Of a stretch of DNA of 64,000 bases, positions 1 to 12,416 are shown in pieces. The notes beneath the pieces were generated by a model that saw nothing but the letters and a program-made list of their open reading frames with translations, was not told the DNA's origin and ran no database searches. The DNA comes from Negaprion brevirostris (Eukaryota), in assembly GCA_030324005.1 (NCBI GenBank), contig JARDVH010000042.1, forward strand, positions 76,403,695 to 76,467,694. Direction: 5' to 3'. The position numbers were made by a program, and so were the translations under genes. Numbering within the stretch: position 1 is the stretch's first letter; every line of letters starts with the position of its first letter.

Positions 1-118
1 GTTATGGGGAGAGGGCGGGAGTGTGGAACTGAGCCACGACAGATCAGCCATGATCTTATTGAATGGCGGGGCGGGCTAGATGGCCTACTCCTGCTCTTAT
101 TTCTTATGTTCTTATGTA
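1..118 (+). mobile_element. 3' tail of a CR1-type LINE (5' part lies outside the window)
   Basis: GATCAGCCATGATCTTATTGAATGGCGGGGC...ATGGCCTACTCCTGCTCTTATTTCTTATGTTCTTATGT. A near-identical tail occurs at 24284-24368. Confidence 0.8.
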
Positions 119-1462
119 CTTCTGAAAACCTATCATGCCCTCACTAGAGGAAATGCTAGAATTTATAATAAAGGATGTGATAAGTTCAAAAATAATGGTA
201 GGATTGGGCAAAGTCACAGATTAATGAAAGTTAAATCATGTTGGAGTTTTTGAGAATGTAACTAGCAGAATAGATAAGGAAGAACCAGTTGATGTGGTAT
301 ATTTAGATTTTCAGAATGTTTTGTAAGGTCCCATACAAGAGATTAGTAAACAGAATTAGAGCTCATGGGATTGGGGGGAAATACTGGCACGGACTATGAA
401 CTAGTTAACGACAGAAAACAAAGAGTAGGAGTAAATGGATCATTTTCAGATTGGCAGGCTGTGACTAGTGGGGTACCACAATGATCAGTGACTGGGTCTC
501 AGCTTTTCACAATCTATATCAATAAATTGGATTTGGGGATTAAATGTAATGTTTCCAAGTTTGCAGATGACACAAAACGAGGTGGAAATGTGAGTTCTGA
601 GGAAGATGCAAAGACTCTTTAAGGAGATTTTGCGAGGCTAAGGGAGCAGATAAAAGTTGGCAGATGGAATACAACATGGAGAAATATGAGATTATCCACT
701 TTGGTTAATAAAAAGCAATACAGGCTATTTCCTAAATGGTGAGAGACTGGGAATTGTTGAACTTCAAAGGGACTTGGGTGTCCTTGTTCATGAGTCACTG
801 AAAGCTGACATGCAGGTCGAGCAAGCAATTTAAAAGGCATTTATTTCAAGAAGATTTGAGTATAGCAGTAAAGATACCTTACTGAAGTTATAGGGAGCCT
901 TGGTGAGATGGCACCTGGAGAATTGTGTGCAGTTTTGGTCTCTTCACCTAACGAAAGATATACATGCCACAGAAGGAATGCAACAAAGGTTCACCAGACG
1001 AATTACTGAGAAGGAGGATTGTCCTAAGAGGACAGATTAAGTAAACTGGGCCTTTATTCACTGGAGTTTGGAAGAATTAGAGGTGATCTCATCCAAACTT
1101 ATACAATTCTTCCAGGGCTCAACAGGTAGAGGAAGGAAGGATGTTTCATTTGGAAGGGAGGTCTATAATCAGGATATCCAGTGTCAGAGTAAGGGCAAGC
1201 CGTTTAAGACAGATGAGGAGGTATTTATTCACTCAGACAGTGATGAATCTTTGGAATTCTCTGTCCCAGATGTCTGTGGAGACTCAATCATTCAGTATGT
1301 TCAAGACCAAGATTGATAGATTTCTACAAAATAAAAAGATCTAGAGATATGGGGATAGCATAGGAAAATAGTGTTGAAGTAGAATGGCCATGATCTTATT
1401 GAATGACAGAGTGGGCTTGAAGGGATGGATTGCCTGCTCCTGATCCTATTTCTTATGTTTTT
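119..1462 (+). mobile_element. Decayed CR1-type LINE: ORF2 reverse transcriptase region plus 3' tail
   Basis: Frameshifted RT motifs DVVYLDFQ, SGVPQ.SV.G.QLF and SKFADDTK. Ends in a CR1 tail (GGCCATGATCTTATTGAATG...CCTATTTCTTATGTT). Confidence 0.85.
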
Positions 1463-2339
1463 ATTATGAAATATTTTTCTGTTCGAAGAAAAGCTCAGCA
1501 TATTGTGGTAAGCACACTAGGATTACAGGCAGCAGGTTAGTGTAGCTGCAGTTTCTTGAAGTCGTTGCTACGTGGTTTAAAGCATGTGGTTCACCAGCAG
1601 AAATTACACCTCTGATATTAGTTGAAGACAAATTATATGAAAGAGGAAACAAGTGCTATGAAAGGAAGTGTCTACTTCTTTGGTTTCGTTTCAGAGAAGA
1701 TAATGGCCCATGAAGGGGGAATCTTCCACTGCAAGATTTCATCTTCCAAAAGTAGCTTTGATCTCTCTCTCTCTAGTAACAAAACTGCTGACATCAAGTA
1801 TAGTTTAAAGTAATGATGCTGTTAGTCTATGCACAAAATCAATACATTCTAATGATGATAAAATTAACTGTCATTAAAAAGAATTGGTACATTGTTCCAG
1901 ATTGTTTTGCTTCAGTGTGTTTGGAACTAATTTTCATTGGAGTAACCAACTGTTCTAAAATCAATGTAATCTCAAGAATCACCCAAAGTTGTTGCATTTA
2001 AGCCATTTGTTGATATTTCCTCTCTCCAATCTCCCTTTTTTATGCAATTATTCTAATCAAACGTTTGTACAGTGGTTTTACATTTACTGAAAGGTTAAAG
2101 AAAATACACTGCATCTTTTATTCATCTGAACGTCTCTCAACATGCAGTAGGGCATTATCACAGAGTCTTTTCCTGTGAGTCGCACAAGTGTATGGACAAT
2201 AGCAGTTCATTTATAATAGAAAACATCCTGTCTGAGGGAAGCCAAACAATTTTGACATCACACAGGCATCTTTGTATGAAAGTGTGTAAATAAAGGTACT
2301 TCTGTCTTTAAAGCACATAAGATAGCTGCGTAAACAAAC

Positions 2340-2557
2340 TAGGGTTCGCCTCCAGATTGCCTTGGGATCTCCAGGAATTTAAGATTAAGCTCATAGGTGC
2401 TGCCACAAGCAAGCCTGGAAAAAATTCCTAGGAGCTTTAGAAAAATGGCAATATTTCATTTCCTTTGAACACTTGATTAATGGTTACTAAAATATTGGAG
2501 ATGGAAGGGTAATGATTGAATCTCCAGGAATACATCCCTTCAAAATTGGCAACTCAA
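2340..2557. mobile_element. Old MITE-like DNA element with TAGGGTT.../...TTGGCAAC termini (hAT-like)
   Basis: Degenerate terminal motifs. Internal sequence is visibly homologous to 43636-43931. Confidence 0.45.
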
Positions 2558-5500
2558 ACAGATAGCCCAAATTTTAAGCCTTATTTTCACAGACATGTTG
2601 CCAAAGCTATCTTGGACTTGTTCTTTTCTATTAAAAGTTAATATGTCCAAAATTTTCTGTTGAAACAAATGTTCACTGAGCTTCAGCAGCTGTGTGGAGC
2701 ACTTTTCACCAAGGCATGCCTAAACCCATTTGGGATTAAACACAACTTGAAAAATTCAACAACAATCCAGAAAAATTCAGGGAAAGTTGGAATTTGGGGC
2801 AGTGAAAGCTACATTATTAGTGGCCAAATTCAATGTATCAGTGAGACACGTTGTTCCAATTTTAAAAATCTCAATAAAATAATGGTCCATTAAAATATCT
2901 CAGAGGCTTAATTTCCTCAAACTGCATTTGCATAAAATTAATTTCACCCTTTTCCTGTGTTTTCAGTTTTGGACGGATGTGTTGGTCGACTAATAGCTGG
3001 AGGATGTGAGTCATGTGATGAACCTTCAGGAATATCTTCAAACACAGTTGGCAACGCAGGAATACCCTTGCAGCAGAGAGACAGGTGAGAGTTTATTTGG
3101 ATTTAATAAATCAGAGGATGAGAAAGGCCATTTTCCCACTTTAGTTACCCCCTCTGATATTCTGACGTTGTAGTTCGGCACGTCCACCATTCTGAATGGC
3201 AGATTATTGCTTATACAACATGCCTCTTTTGTTCAGTTCCAAACATTCAGAAACAATTAGGTAAATTGTTGCCTTCATCGTATGGGTGGTAATCTTATGG
3301 AACTGATCAATATCAGAGCCAATCATCTTCCCATTAAAATTAATGGATAAAATTAAAATGGGTATGTTCTATAATGAGAGAAATGAACTGCTCCTCAAGA
3401 TTAATGTACATGCAGTGAAGACAATGATTCATCTCACTGCCTCTTGTTTGTACAATAGATGGATCTCACTAATGGAATCAACAACAAAAACTGATCTCAT
3501 TCCAGCATAAACAAATCAATCACCAGCAGCCTGCTGCCTGTGATTTTAATTAAGTACAGATTGAGTCTAGCACTCCTTCTCATCACTGCTAAATCAAACT
3601 GAAATGAGGTGGTAACATGCAGAATAACTCACCTCTATTATTTTTGAGAAGTTTTTTTGCCTTTTTTCAATTTTGATTTATAAGGTGAAGAGACCTGTCT
3701 ACTCTTCACTTCATAAATCAAAGTTGAAAAACGGCAAAAAGACTTCTCAAAAATAATAAGGATGACTTGTTCTGTATGTTACCACTTCATTTCAGTTCGA
3801 TTTAGGGATGAACTTGACCTCTTAGATGATAAATGCACCGGAAGGTGTGATGTACAGATACCATGCAGATGGTCCAGGAGGCCCAGGTTAAATCCTGAGC
3901 TCTGCTGAGCTAGGTGATCTCAACTAGGTGGTAGTACTGCCTTTAGCCCCAGCATTGTCATCCTTCAAGGCTTGCATATTGAACGCTTAGACGTTAATCT
4001 CTATTAGAGCTTGCACATGTATGAATATCAAAGGATATAAGCACAACCACGCAGATTTTGGACAATTTGTCCTACACTTACTTTAATTTTTTAAATGGAC
4101 TTAGAGTTTTTCCTAGCAGGTCGAAAGCCAGCTCTGGAGTGCAGCTTAAAGTAAATCAGTGGATGTGGCAATACAGTTCAGCCCCAACTCACTCAGGGCA
4201 CAATTACACACTAACACTCAAGCTCTTGAAATAAGCATTCTTTTGCCTTCAAGTCTCATCTAATAACTTTGTTAGTAATGCTCTACTGAAGTTTCTAGAG
4301 GAAATAACAAATTAAATGTAGTTTTCAACTTTCTTGTTAAGAGAGTAATGCAGGGGAACTTTCGGTTTTCATATGACCAATGTTTCTATAAGATGCCAAA
4401 AAGCTATTCACACACTGTGATAATGAACCTTGCTCTTTTGAAGCTTTTAAAGACTGTTTCAAGGATTTGTATGTATATTTCAGCTAATCCATTGGTTGAT
4501 GGATGATAAAGTGTGGATTTTATATGTTGGACACCATTTACTTTGAGATTATCACCAGATTCTTGTGAAGTAAATCATGGACCATTATTGCTAACTATCT
4601 GTTCTAATTTACCAAATTTTGTAAAAAAAGTCATTAAGTTTTTTTAATGGTTCATTCAGATGTAGTGGATCTCATGAATACACCTTCTGGCCACTTTGCG
4701 CATCAATGATGACCAAGAACACGCAACCCTCAAATGGATCACCAGCATCTACATGCAAATATTGCAATGGCATTTTAGGCCATTCCCAAGGTTGTAAAGG
4801 AGATAACAATGGCATATTTCTTATTCATGCACAGGACTAACACTGTCCAACTTTTCTTCACCCTGAGAATCCAGATCAGGCCATTAAAAATAGCTACATG
4901 CTAATTACTTCATTGGACCACACCAGGATGTCCTTCATTTCAAGAACTCTTCCACGTGGAGTAGGAGGAATGATCGCTCTGATTCTCCACAATAGACATT
5001 CACCTTGGATGGTCAACTCAAGCTTCTTGACACATATCAAATGAGGATATGTAATGATGCGTTCCAGCTATTGTTCCTTTCAGTACCAGATCCATTACCT
5101 TCCCCTTCACAGCATTATTTGTGGTATGCCTCTGAACTTGAGAAGCTGTCACAGGCAAATGATCCACCAGCAAAAAATGAAGAATGTTAACAAAACTAGT
5201 TGGTGGAATTTGCTCAATAGGTAATGGTAAGCATGATAATGCATTAACATTAGACTCTGATTGATGGCACTTTATATCATAAGTGTGTGCAGATAAGATC
5301 AGTGACCATATTTGCAATTGGCTAGCAGATAATGGCCCAAATAGTTAAGGTTTGGTAATCAGTCAATAATGTTGCTAAGTTAGAAACAAATTTGCCATGA
5401 TAATTTACTCATCTTAGAAAGGACCTGAATTGCATCAATTTACTGGACGTGGTACTTCTAAAATATTTTTAGCTACTTTATGTAGCCTTCACTATCAATA

Positions 5501-5773
5501 ACATGACCCCAATACTGGACTGACGTCAGGAAAAAGTCACACATTTCTTTTTCATATGCAAACCATNNNNNNNNNNCTTCTAAATTATTCAAGTGCTCCT
5601 GTTCACTGGATTCTGAAATTAGAATATCACCCAGAGAGACCACTTAAAATCTGATTCATTGATCTTTGGAATAGGGCTGGTGTGGATTTTATGTCAAAAG
5701 GTTACCTTTTACAATGAAAAAGTCCTTTATGAGTAACAGTGGGAGCAATAGTTGTGGTTCAGGCTGTATGCAT

Positions 5774-6345
5774 CTACGAATATGCTTGTGAAAGATCAGT
5801 TTTGCTGAATTCCTGCCCACCCGATAACCCAGCAAACAAATCTTCAATTAAACGAAGCAGATATTGATTAGCACCAGCACACAATACTGGATTTATGGTT
5901 GTTTTAAAATTACCATAAATATGAACTGAACCATCTGATTTTGTGACATCTTCTAATGATTCACCAAACTTGCAATGTTGTGTCAGCCTTTCTAAGGTTA
6001 TCACTAAATGAGCAGTGATTTTGTCTTCCATTTGATTCCTTTGGTGGAACCTGAACCGTTCCGTGATGATCAGTGGCTTTGAAGAGTACTGCTCTTCAAG
6101 GATCTTTGTCAAATTATCATACATTATGGTTCCTGGCTTTGCTGGCTGAACTAAGCGTTGGAGAAAACTAAAGGTTTTACTTCCTATTGTTCTGGAAAAA
6201 AACTAGACGAGCAACTTGTTAGTAATTTTATTCATTTGTATAAAATACTGGAAACTCTCTCATAGGAACTCCATGATTCATTTTCCTCATATGGATTATT
6301 ATTATTATGGATCATAATGGACCCATCATTTCTCTTGCAGGCACC
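5774..6345 (-). mobile_element. Internally deleted Ty3/Gypsy LTR retrotransposon (gag N-terminus fused to an RT fragment)
   Basis: gag motifs IGSKTFSFLQRLVQPAKP and KPLIITERFRFHQRNQ...HCKFG, followed directly by RT motifs VTKSDGSVHIYGNFKTTINPVL and IEDLFAGLSGGQEFSKTDLSQAY. Confidence 0.85.
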
Positions 6346-6390
6346 AGAAAAAAGGTGACTGCTGAGTACTTTTTTCTTACTGTCTTCCCA

Positions 6391-6712
6391 GGGCAGCACG
6401 GTGGCACGGTGGTTAGCACTATTGCCTCACAGTGCCAGGGACCCAAGTTCAAATGGAGCCTTGGTTCACTATATGCGTGGAGTTTGCACATTCTCCCCAT
6501 GTCTGCATGGGTTTCCTCTGGGTGCTCTGGTTTCCTTCCACAGTCCAGAGATGTGTGGGTTAGTTTGATTGGCCATGCTAAATTGATCATAGTGTCAGGG
6601 GGATTAGCAGAGTAAATGAGGGTTACGAGAATAGGGCCTGGGTGAAATTGTGGTTGATATAGACTAGATGGGCTGAATGGGCTCCTTCTGTACCGTCAGG
6701 ATTCTTTGATTC
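6391..6712 (+). mobile_element. HE1-type tRNA-derived SINE with a CR1-like tail
   Basis: Head GGGCAGCACGGTGGCAC.GTGGTTAGCACT (A box), core GGGTTTCCTCTGGGTGCTCTGGTTTCCT, tail GATGGGCTGAATGG...GGATTCT. Confidence 0.85.
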
Positions 6713-6865
6713 TACTCCCCTTTTTACCCTGGAGATGGTCGATTTGATTGTTGACTTGACCCTGTTTCTTTGTTTTTGTCTGTGGGACCATTAGCTGGGC
6801 TGGCACTTTTGTTCTCCCCAATTGATCTTGCAAAGGCAGTGGTGGTGAATCATCTTCTTTGGCTT

Positions 6866-6875
6866 GCTGCCACCA
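6866..6875 (-). promoter_or_regulatory. Candidate primer-binding site of the Gypsy element
   Basis: TGGTGGCAGC on the minus strand, upstream of gag and in the same orientation. The HE1 SINE sits between it and gag. Confidence 0.4.
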
Positions 6876-7479
6876 ATCTGGTGTAGGTACATGCACAGTT
6901 CTGTTAGGAAGAGAACTGCAACTTTCTGACCCAGTGACAGTCAATTTCTATTACAATTCACATTGCCTGGCTGTCACCACAGTCACTGAGTGAGTCTGGA
7001 AATTGATTATCTCATACTGTACACTTCACATTTCAAGCCAGTTGATATTTCAGGCAAATTCAAACATATCAACTGATCTAGAAACACATTCTTCTTGAAC
7101 AAAGCCTCCCCCCCTCCTCTTTACATTGAAGCATTAGTCAAAGAGTTCAATGGCAGTGGCATCAAGCCCTGGAGAACACTGTGTTCCCAGGAATACCAGT
7201 CAGAGTTGGTGTAACAAAGGTGACCTGTGCAAACTTTACTGGCAGAGCAAAGGCTGTGCTGGAAAAATTTCCGGAACAGTTGAGCTTACTTACTGATGAT
7301 GAAACTGACTGTGACCATCACTCACACACTTCCAGTGGATATTAGACAACACTAAGGTCACCTGCCAGAAAGTCCACTAGTTCATCGTTACTTTGTTGGC
7401 CAAATCAACAACATGAACTCGAGCCACAAATGCTGAGGATGTTGGTTACTGTTAGCCTCCTGTTACAGATGTATTCAAG

Positions 7480-7916
7480 AAGGACTTAGAGAGAGTACAG
7501 GGCTAACATGTTCCAATAGAGAAAAAGGGTGGGACCAACGAATCCAGTGAACCCTGGATATTGAGGGTTAAAAGAGGAAAAGGATGGCTTATGGCAGACA
7601 TCGAGGGCACAAAACAGCAGAAGCCCGAGAGGAGTATAGAATATGCAAGAGGGAACTTAAAAATTGAATTAGGAGAGCAACATGGGGACATGAAAGGACA
7701 CTGGCAGGTAAAATAAAGGAAAATCATAAGTTGTTTGAAAAGTATGCTAAGGGTAAAAGGATAACTAGGGAAAGAGTAGGGCCCATTAAGCACTATAGTG
7801 GCAATTTGTGTGTGGAGCCAAAGGACGTAGGTAGAGTTCTAAATGGGTGCTATTCGGATTGGCGGTTGGTGACTAGTGGAGTGCCCCAGGGGTCGGTGCT
7901 GGGGCCTCAGCTATTT
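7480..7916 (+). mobile_element. CR1-type LINE ORF2 fragments running into an assembly gap
   Basis: KGKRITRERVGPIK...GNLCVEP and WRLVTSGVPQGSVLGPQLF. Confidence 0.8.
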
Positions 7917-8361
7917 NNNNNNNNNNNNNNNNNNNNNNNNNNNNNNNNNNNNNNNNNNNNNNNNNNNNNNNNNNNNNNNNNNNNNNNNNNNNNNNNNNNN
8001 NNNNNNNNNNNNNNNNNNNNNNNNNNNNNNNNNNNNNNNNNNNNNNNNNNNNNNNNNNNNNNNNNNNNNNNNNNNNNNNNNNNNNNNNNNNNNNNNNNNN
8101 NNNNNNNNNNNNNNNNNNNNNNNNNNNNNNNNNNNNNNNNNNNNNNNNNNNNNNNNNNNNNNNNNNNNNNNNNNNNNNNNNNNNNNNNNNNNNNNNNNNN
8201 NNNNNNNNNNNNNNNNNNNNNNNNNNNNNNNNNNNNNNNNNNNNNNNNNNNNNNNNNNNNNNNNNNNNNNNNNNNNNNNNNNNNNNNNNNNNNNNNNNNN
8301 NNNNNNNNNNNNNNNNNNNNNNNNNNNNNNNNNNNNNNNNNNNNNNNNNNNNNNNNNNNNN

Positions 8362-8508
8362 AACCATTATCTTATAATTGAGTTTGTGTCTATATATGCT
8401 CTGTTTGTGAACAGAACTCTTCACTCACTTGATGAAGGGGCAATGCTCCAAAAACTTGTGCTCCCAAATAAACCTGTTGGACTTTAACCTGGTGTTGTGT
8501 GAGTTCTA
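8362..8508 (+). mobile_element. Penelope-like element terminal repeat (family 1), degenerate
   Basis: ...TGATGAAGGGGCAATGCTCC...AAATAAACCTGTTGGACTTTAACCTGGTGTTGTG. Same terminus as the GIY-YIG-bearing copy at 19160-19540. Confidence 0.75.
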
Positions 8509-8509
8509 A

Positions 8510-9805
8510 ATGAACATTTTGTATCGGTGTTCACTAGTGAGAGAGATAATGTGGGTATAGATATCAGAGAAGGACGGTGATAAAATTAAATAACTTGATA
8601 TAGGCAGAATGAAAGTTCAGAGCGACCTGGCAGGCATAATAATAGATAAATCTCCAGGACCAAAAGAAATGTATCCTTGGCTGTTGAGTGAGGCAAGGGA
8701 AGAAATAGCAAGGGCTATGGCAATAATTTTCAATTCCTCTCTGACCACAGTAGAGGTGCCTGGGTGGGGAGGGGGCGGGATTGGTGCTAGAGGACAGTCG
8801 ATTTGGCACCATTATTCAAGAAAGAGAGGATGGGGTAAACCAGGAAACTGCACACCAGTCAGTCTAACCTCAATGGTGAGGTAAGTATTGGAAGCAATTC
8901 TGAGAAACAGGATTAATTTGCACTTGGAGAGGCAAGGATTAATCAAGAACACTCGGCATGGTTTTGTTAAGGGGGGTTCATATCTGACCAACTTGATTGA
9001 AGTTTTTGAAGAGTGGCCAGGTGTATAGAAGAGGGCAATGCATTTGGTGTAGTCCTTTTGGACTTCAGCAAGGTTTTTGACAAGGTCCCACATGGGACAC
9101 TGATAGTAAAGGTAAGAGCCCGTGGGATCCAAGAAAATTTGGCAAACTGGATTCAGAATTGGTTAAGTGGCAGTAAATGGACGGTGATGGTCAAGGGGTG
9201 TTTTTGTGACTGGAAGATTATCCAAAAATTTTGCGGATGATACGAAAATTGATGAGGTGGTAAACAATGAGAGGATTGTGTGCAGTTCTGGAACCCACAT
9301 TATAGGATGGATGTGATAGCAGTAGAAAGAATGCAGAGGAGATTTACCAGGATATTGCTTGGGCTGGAGAGTTTTAGTTATGAAGAGAGATTGAATAACG
9401 TATTGTTTTCCTTGGAGCATATGATGTGTGAGGTTGGGTGAGTATTATTGAGATGTATAAAATTATGAGGGGCACAGATAGAGTAGACAGGAAGAAACCT
9501 TTCCCCTTGGTGGGGGGACCATTGACCAAGCTTAATGATTTAAGCTTAAGGGGCAGAAGATTTAGAGGGGATTTGAGGGTAAACTTTTTCATCCAAAGGT
9601 TAGTGGGAGTCTGGAACTCACTGCCTGAAAGGACGTTGGCGGCAGAGACCATCGTAGCATTCAAGAAGTATTTAGACGAGCACTTGTGATGCTAAGGCAT
9701 ATAAGGTTATGCACCAAGTGCTGGAAAATGGGATTAGAATAGTTGGGTGGCACAGAAAAGGCCGAAGGGCTTTTTTCTATGTTGTACACTTCTAGGATTC
9801 TATGA
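8510..9805 (+). mobile_element. Decayed CR1-type LINE ORF2 and 3' end
   Basis: DKSPGP.EMYPWLL.EAREEIA, PGNCTPVSLTS, LDFSKVFDKVPHG, NFFIQRLVGVWNSLPE. Tail ends ...GATTCTATGACT. Confidence 0.85.
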
Positions 9806-10935
9806 CTGTACTTAAACTTCCAGACCACGTTTGATAAAGTGCCACATCAAAGGCTATTGTGTAAAATAAAAGCTAATGGTGCAGATGATAACATACTGGC
9901 AATGGATTGAAGATTGGCTTGCCTACAGGAAGCAGAGAGTAGACATAAACAATTCATTTTCTGGTTGACAAGGTGTAATGAGTAGTGTCCCAAAGGGATC
10001 AGTACTGGGCCTCAACTTTTTACAATTCATGTTAATGATTTAGATGAAAGGAGAAGTTGCTAAATTTGCTGATAATACCAATATAGATAGGAAAGCAGAG
10101 AAATACAGAGGTTACAAATGTATCCATGTAGTTTAATGAACAAAGGTTTGGCAAATGGAGTATAAAGTGGGAAAATATGAAATTGTTAATTTTGGCAGGA
10201 AGAATACAAAAGTTTATTAAAATAGTGAGAGATTGCAGAGATCTGACGTGCAAAGGGATCCGAGAGTCATATTGCACGAATAGCAAAAGGTTACCATGCA
10301 GGTACAGAAAGTAGTTAGGAAAGTTAATATAATGTTATCAGTTATTGCATGGAGAATTAAATACACAAGTAGAGAGGTTATGCTTCAGTTGTACAAGGCA
10401 TTGGTGAGACCACATTTGGAGTACTATGAACTGTCTTATTATGGAAGGATATAAATGAATCAGCAGCACTTCAGAGGCGTTTTACCAGATTAACTCATGG
10501 AATGGGCTTGTTGGCTTATGAGGAAAGATTGGAGAGGTTCGGCTTGTATCCACTAACGTTTAGAAAAGTAAGAGGCGGCTTGATTGAAACCTTTAAGATC
10601 CTGAGGGGCATTGACAGGGTGGATATGAAGAGGATGTTTCCTTTTGCAGCAAGATCTCAAACTGAGGCTCACTGTTTAAAAATAAGGGTAGCCTGTTTAG
10701 AAGAGAAATGAGGAAAGAAACATTTCTCAGAGGGTCATGAGTCTCTGGAACTCTTCCTCAAAGAGCAATGGAAGCTGAGTCTTTGAATATTTGAAGACAG
10801 ATAGATTCTTGATTAACAAAGGTTGGCAGGAAAGTGGAATTGAGGTTACATTCAGACCAGCCATAATTTTATAGAATGACGGAACAGGCTCAAGGGGCTG
10901 CGTGACCTACCCCTGCTCCTAATTCACGTTTCTAT
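9806..10935 (+). mobile_element. Second decayed CR1-type LINE (RT C-terminal half plus tail)
   Basis: FDKVPHQRLL, VPKGSVLG, AKFADNT, YEERLERFGLYPL. Tail CAGCCATAAT...CCTACCCCTGCTCCT. Confidence 0.8.
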
Positions 10936-12084
10936 ATGCAGGTATCTTATAGCTTCCCTCATAAAGTAAAACTATGTAATCCAGAAATACAGAATAGAGA
11001 TTCTGGGTGCAAAACCAATTACTGGAATGCTACTGAAGCCAGCTCAGATTTCATCATTTCTAGACTTGGACAAATGACACCTTCTTATGTTCAATTTTAC
11101 AGTTTCTCTCTGAATAACCATTGGGTCTAACTATTTGTGTGAATAATTTCTCAACATCTCACGCTTCATTTTTCAGGTTTAAATCCTGGATTTTCGGGTA
11201 GCTGATTGTCCCTCCCTCTCTCTCAGCTCTCAGCCTTATTTAGTCATTAGGTTTATCTAAAAACTACATTCATCAACAAACAAGGGTGTCAATAGGAAGG
11301 CTCTTCACTGCCTGTATAAACAAACATTTACAGCAGTCACACCCTTTTGAGTATCAGCTGGCTACGAATATTTCCTTTGTTCATGCTCGCTTCACAAGCA
11401 ACATTGTTCAGGCCTATGACATGTCCAATCTCATTCCGAAAGTGATCAGCCAGAAAAAAGTAAGTCAATCAGTTTGATTTCCATCACTGAAGTTGCTTGT
11501 GCAGCCTCCTGTCTCAATTTACCCCAGTTACAACTGACCTCACCAGGTAACCCTGCTGAGACAAACCATTCCATGTTCACTGTCTTCTGTCTAATCTACT
11601 GCGTGTTAATGTTGCCATTGATCTCAAAGTAAAGCTATTCAGTTCTCCCAGCTGACCACCTTCACACCTAGATAGATCAGCCAGATGGTCACAATTTTGG
11701 CTGTCCAATTTCTTTCACTGAAACTGGTTATGTAGGTTTCTACTTCAGATTTACCCAGTATCGAAACTATTGTAATGTCTGATCTCACTGCGATGCTCAA
11801 TGTGAAGATAAGACTTGCCCAGTCATGTCATGGTTAAACAGACTATACAGTTTAAAACTCCCTTGGATCTCACTTAAGCAACTATAACAGAATGAGCTGG
11901 AATTTAAAAACGGGGTTCCATGAAGTTACAACACAAAACATGGCAGGTGGGCAATGGTGATAGGATTGTTTGCTTTCTCTGAGCCCCCTTTTCTTGCTTA
12001 ACAATGTTTCCAAGGCTTCAATACCCTTTGAAACAGTGCTTGTGTCTCTTGGCTTCAGATCACTGTAGAATTATACGCTTCAGA

Positions 12085-12416
12085 TCATCATAAAATCATA
12101 GAATCCCTACAGTGCAGAAGGAGGCCATTCAGCCCTTCAAGTCTGCACCAACCACAATCCCACCCAGGCCCTATTCCTGTAACCCCCCTCATATTTACCC
12201 TGCCAATCCCCCTGACACTAGGGTCAATTTAGCATGGCCAATCAATCTAACCTGCACACTTTTGGACTGTGGGAGGAAACCGGAGCACCCAGAGGAAACC
12301 CACGCAGACACAGGGAGAATGTGTAAACTCCACACAGACAGTGACCCCAGGCTGCAATCGAACTTTGGTCCCTGGCGCTGTGAGGCAGCAGTGCTAACCA
12401 TTGTGTCACCGTGCTG
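12085..12416 (-). mobile_element. HE1-type SINE, full length, CR1-like tail
   Basis: Reverse complement of the HE1 head, core and tail seen at 6391 and 56830. Confidence 0.85.

Noticed and set aside
1480-1813. Protein-like short frames (QFLEVVATWFKACGSPAEITPLIL…)
   Set aside because: Interrupted by stops, with no recognisable motif or convincing splice pair.
4650-5190. Moderately GC-rich stretch with several 50-60 codon frames
   Set aside because: No family motif, the frames do not join, and I cannot distinguish it from chance or very old TE debris.
6391-6470. tRNA-like A and B boxes here and at other SINE heads
   Set aside because: They are SINE internal promoters continuing into the HE1 core, with no complete cloverleaf.
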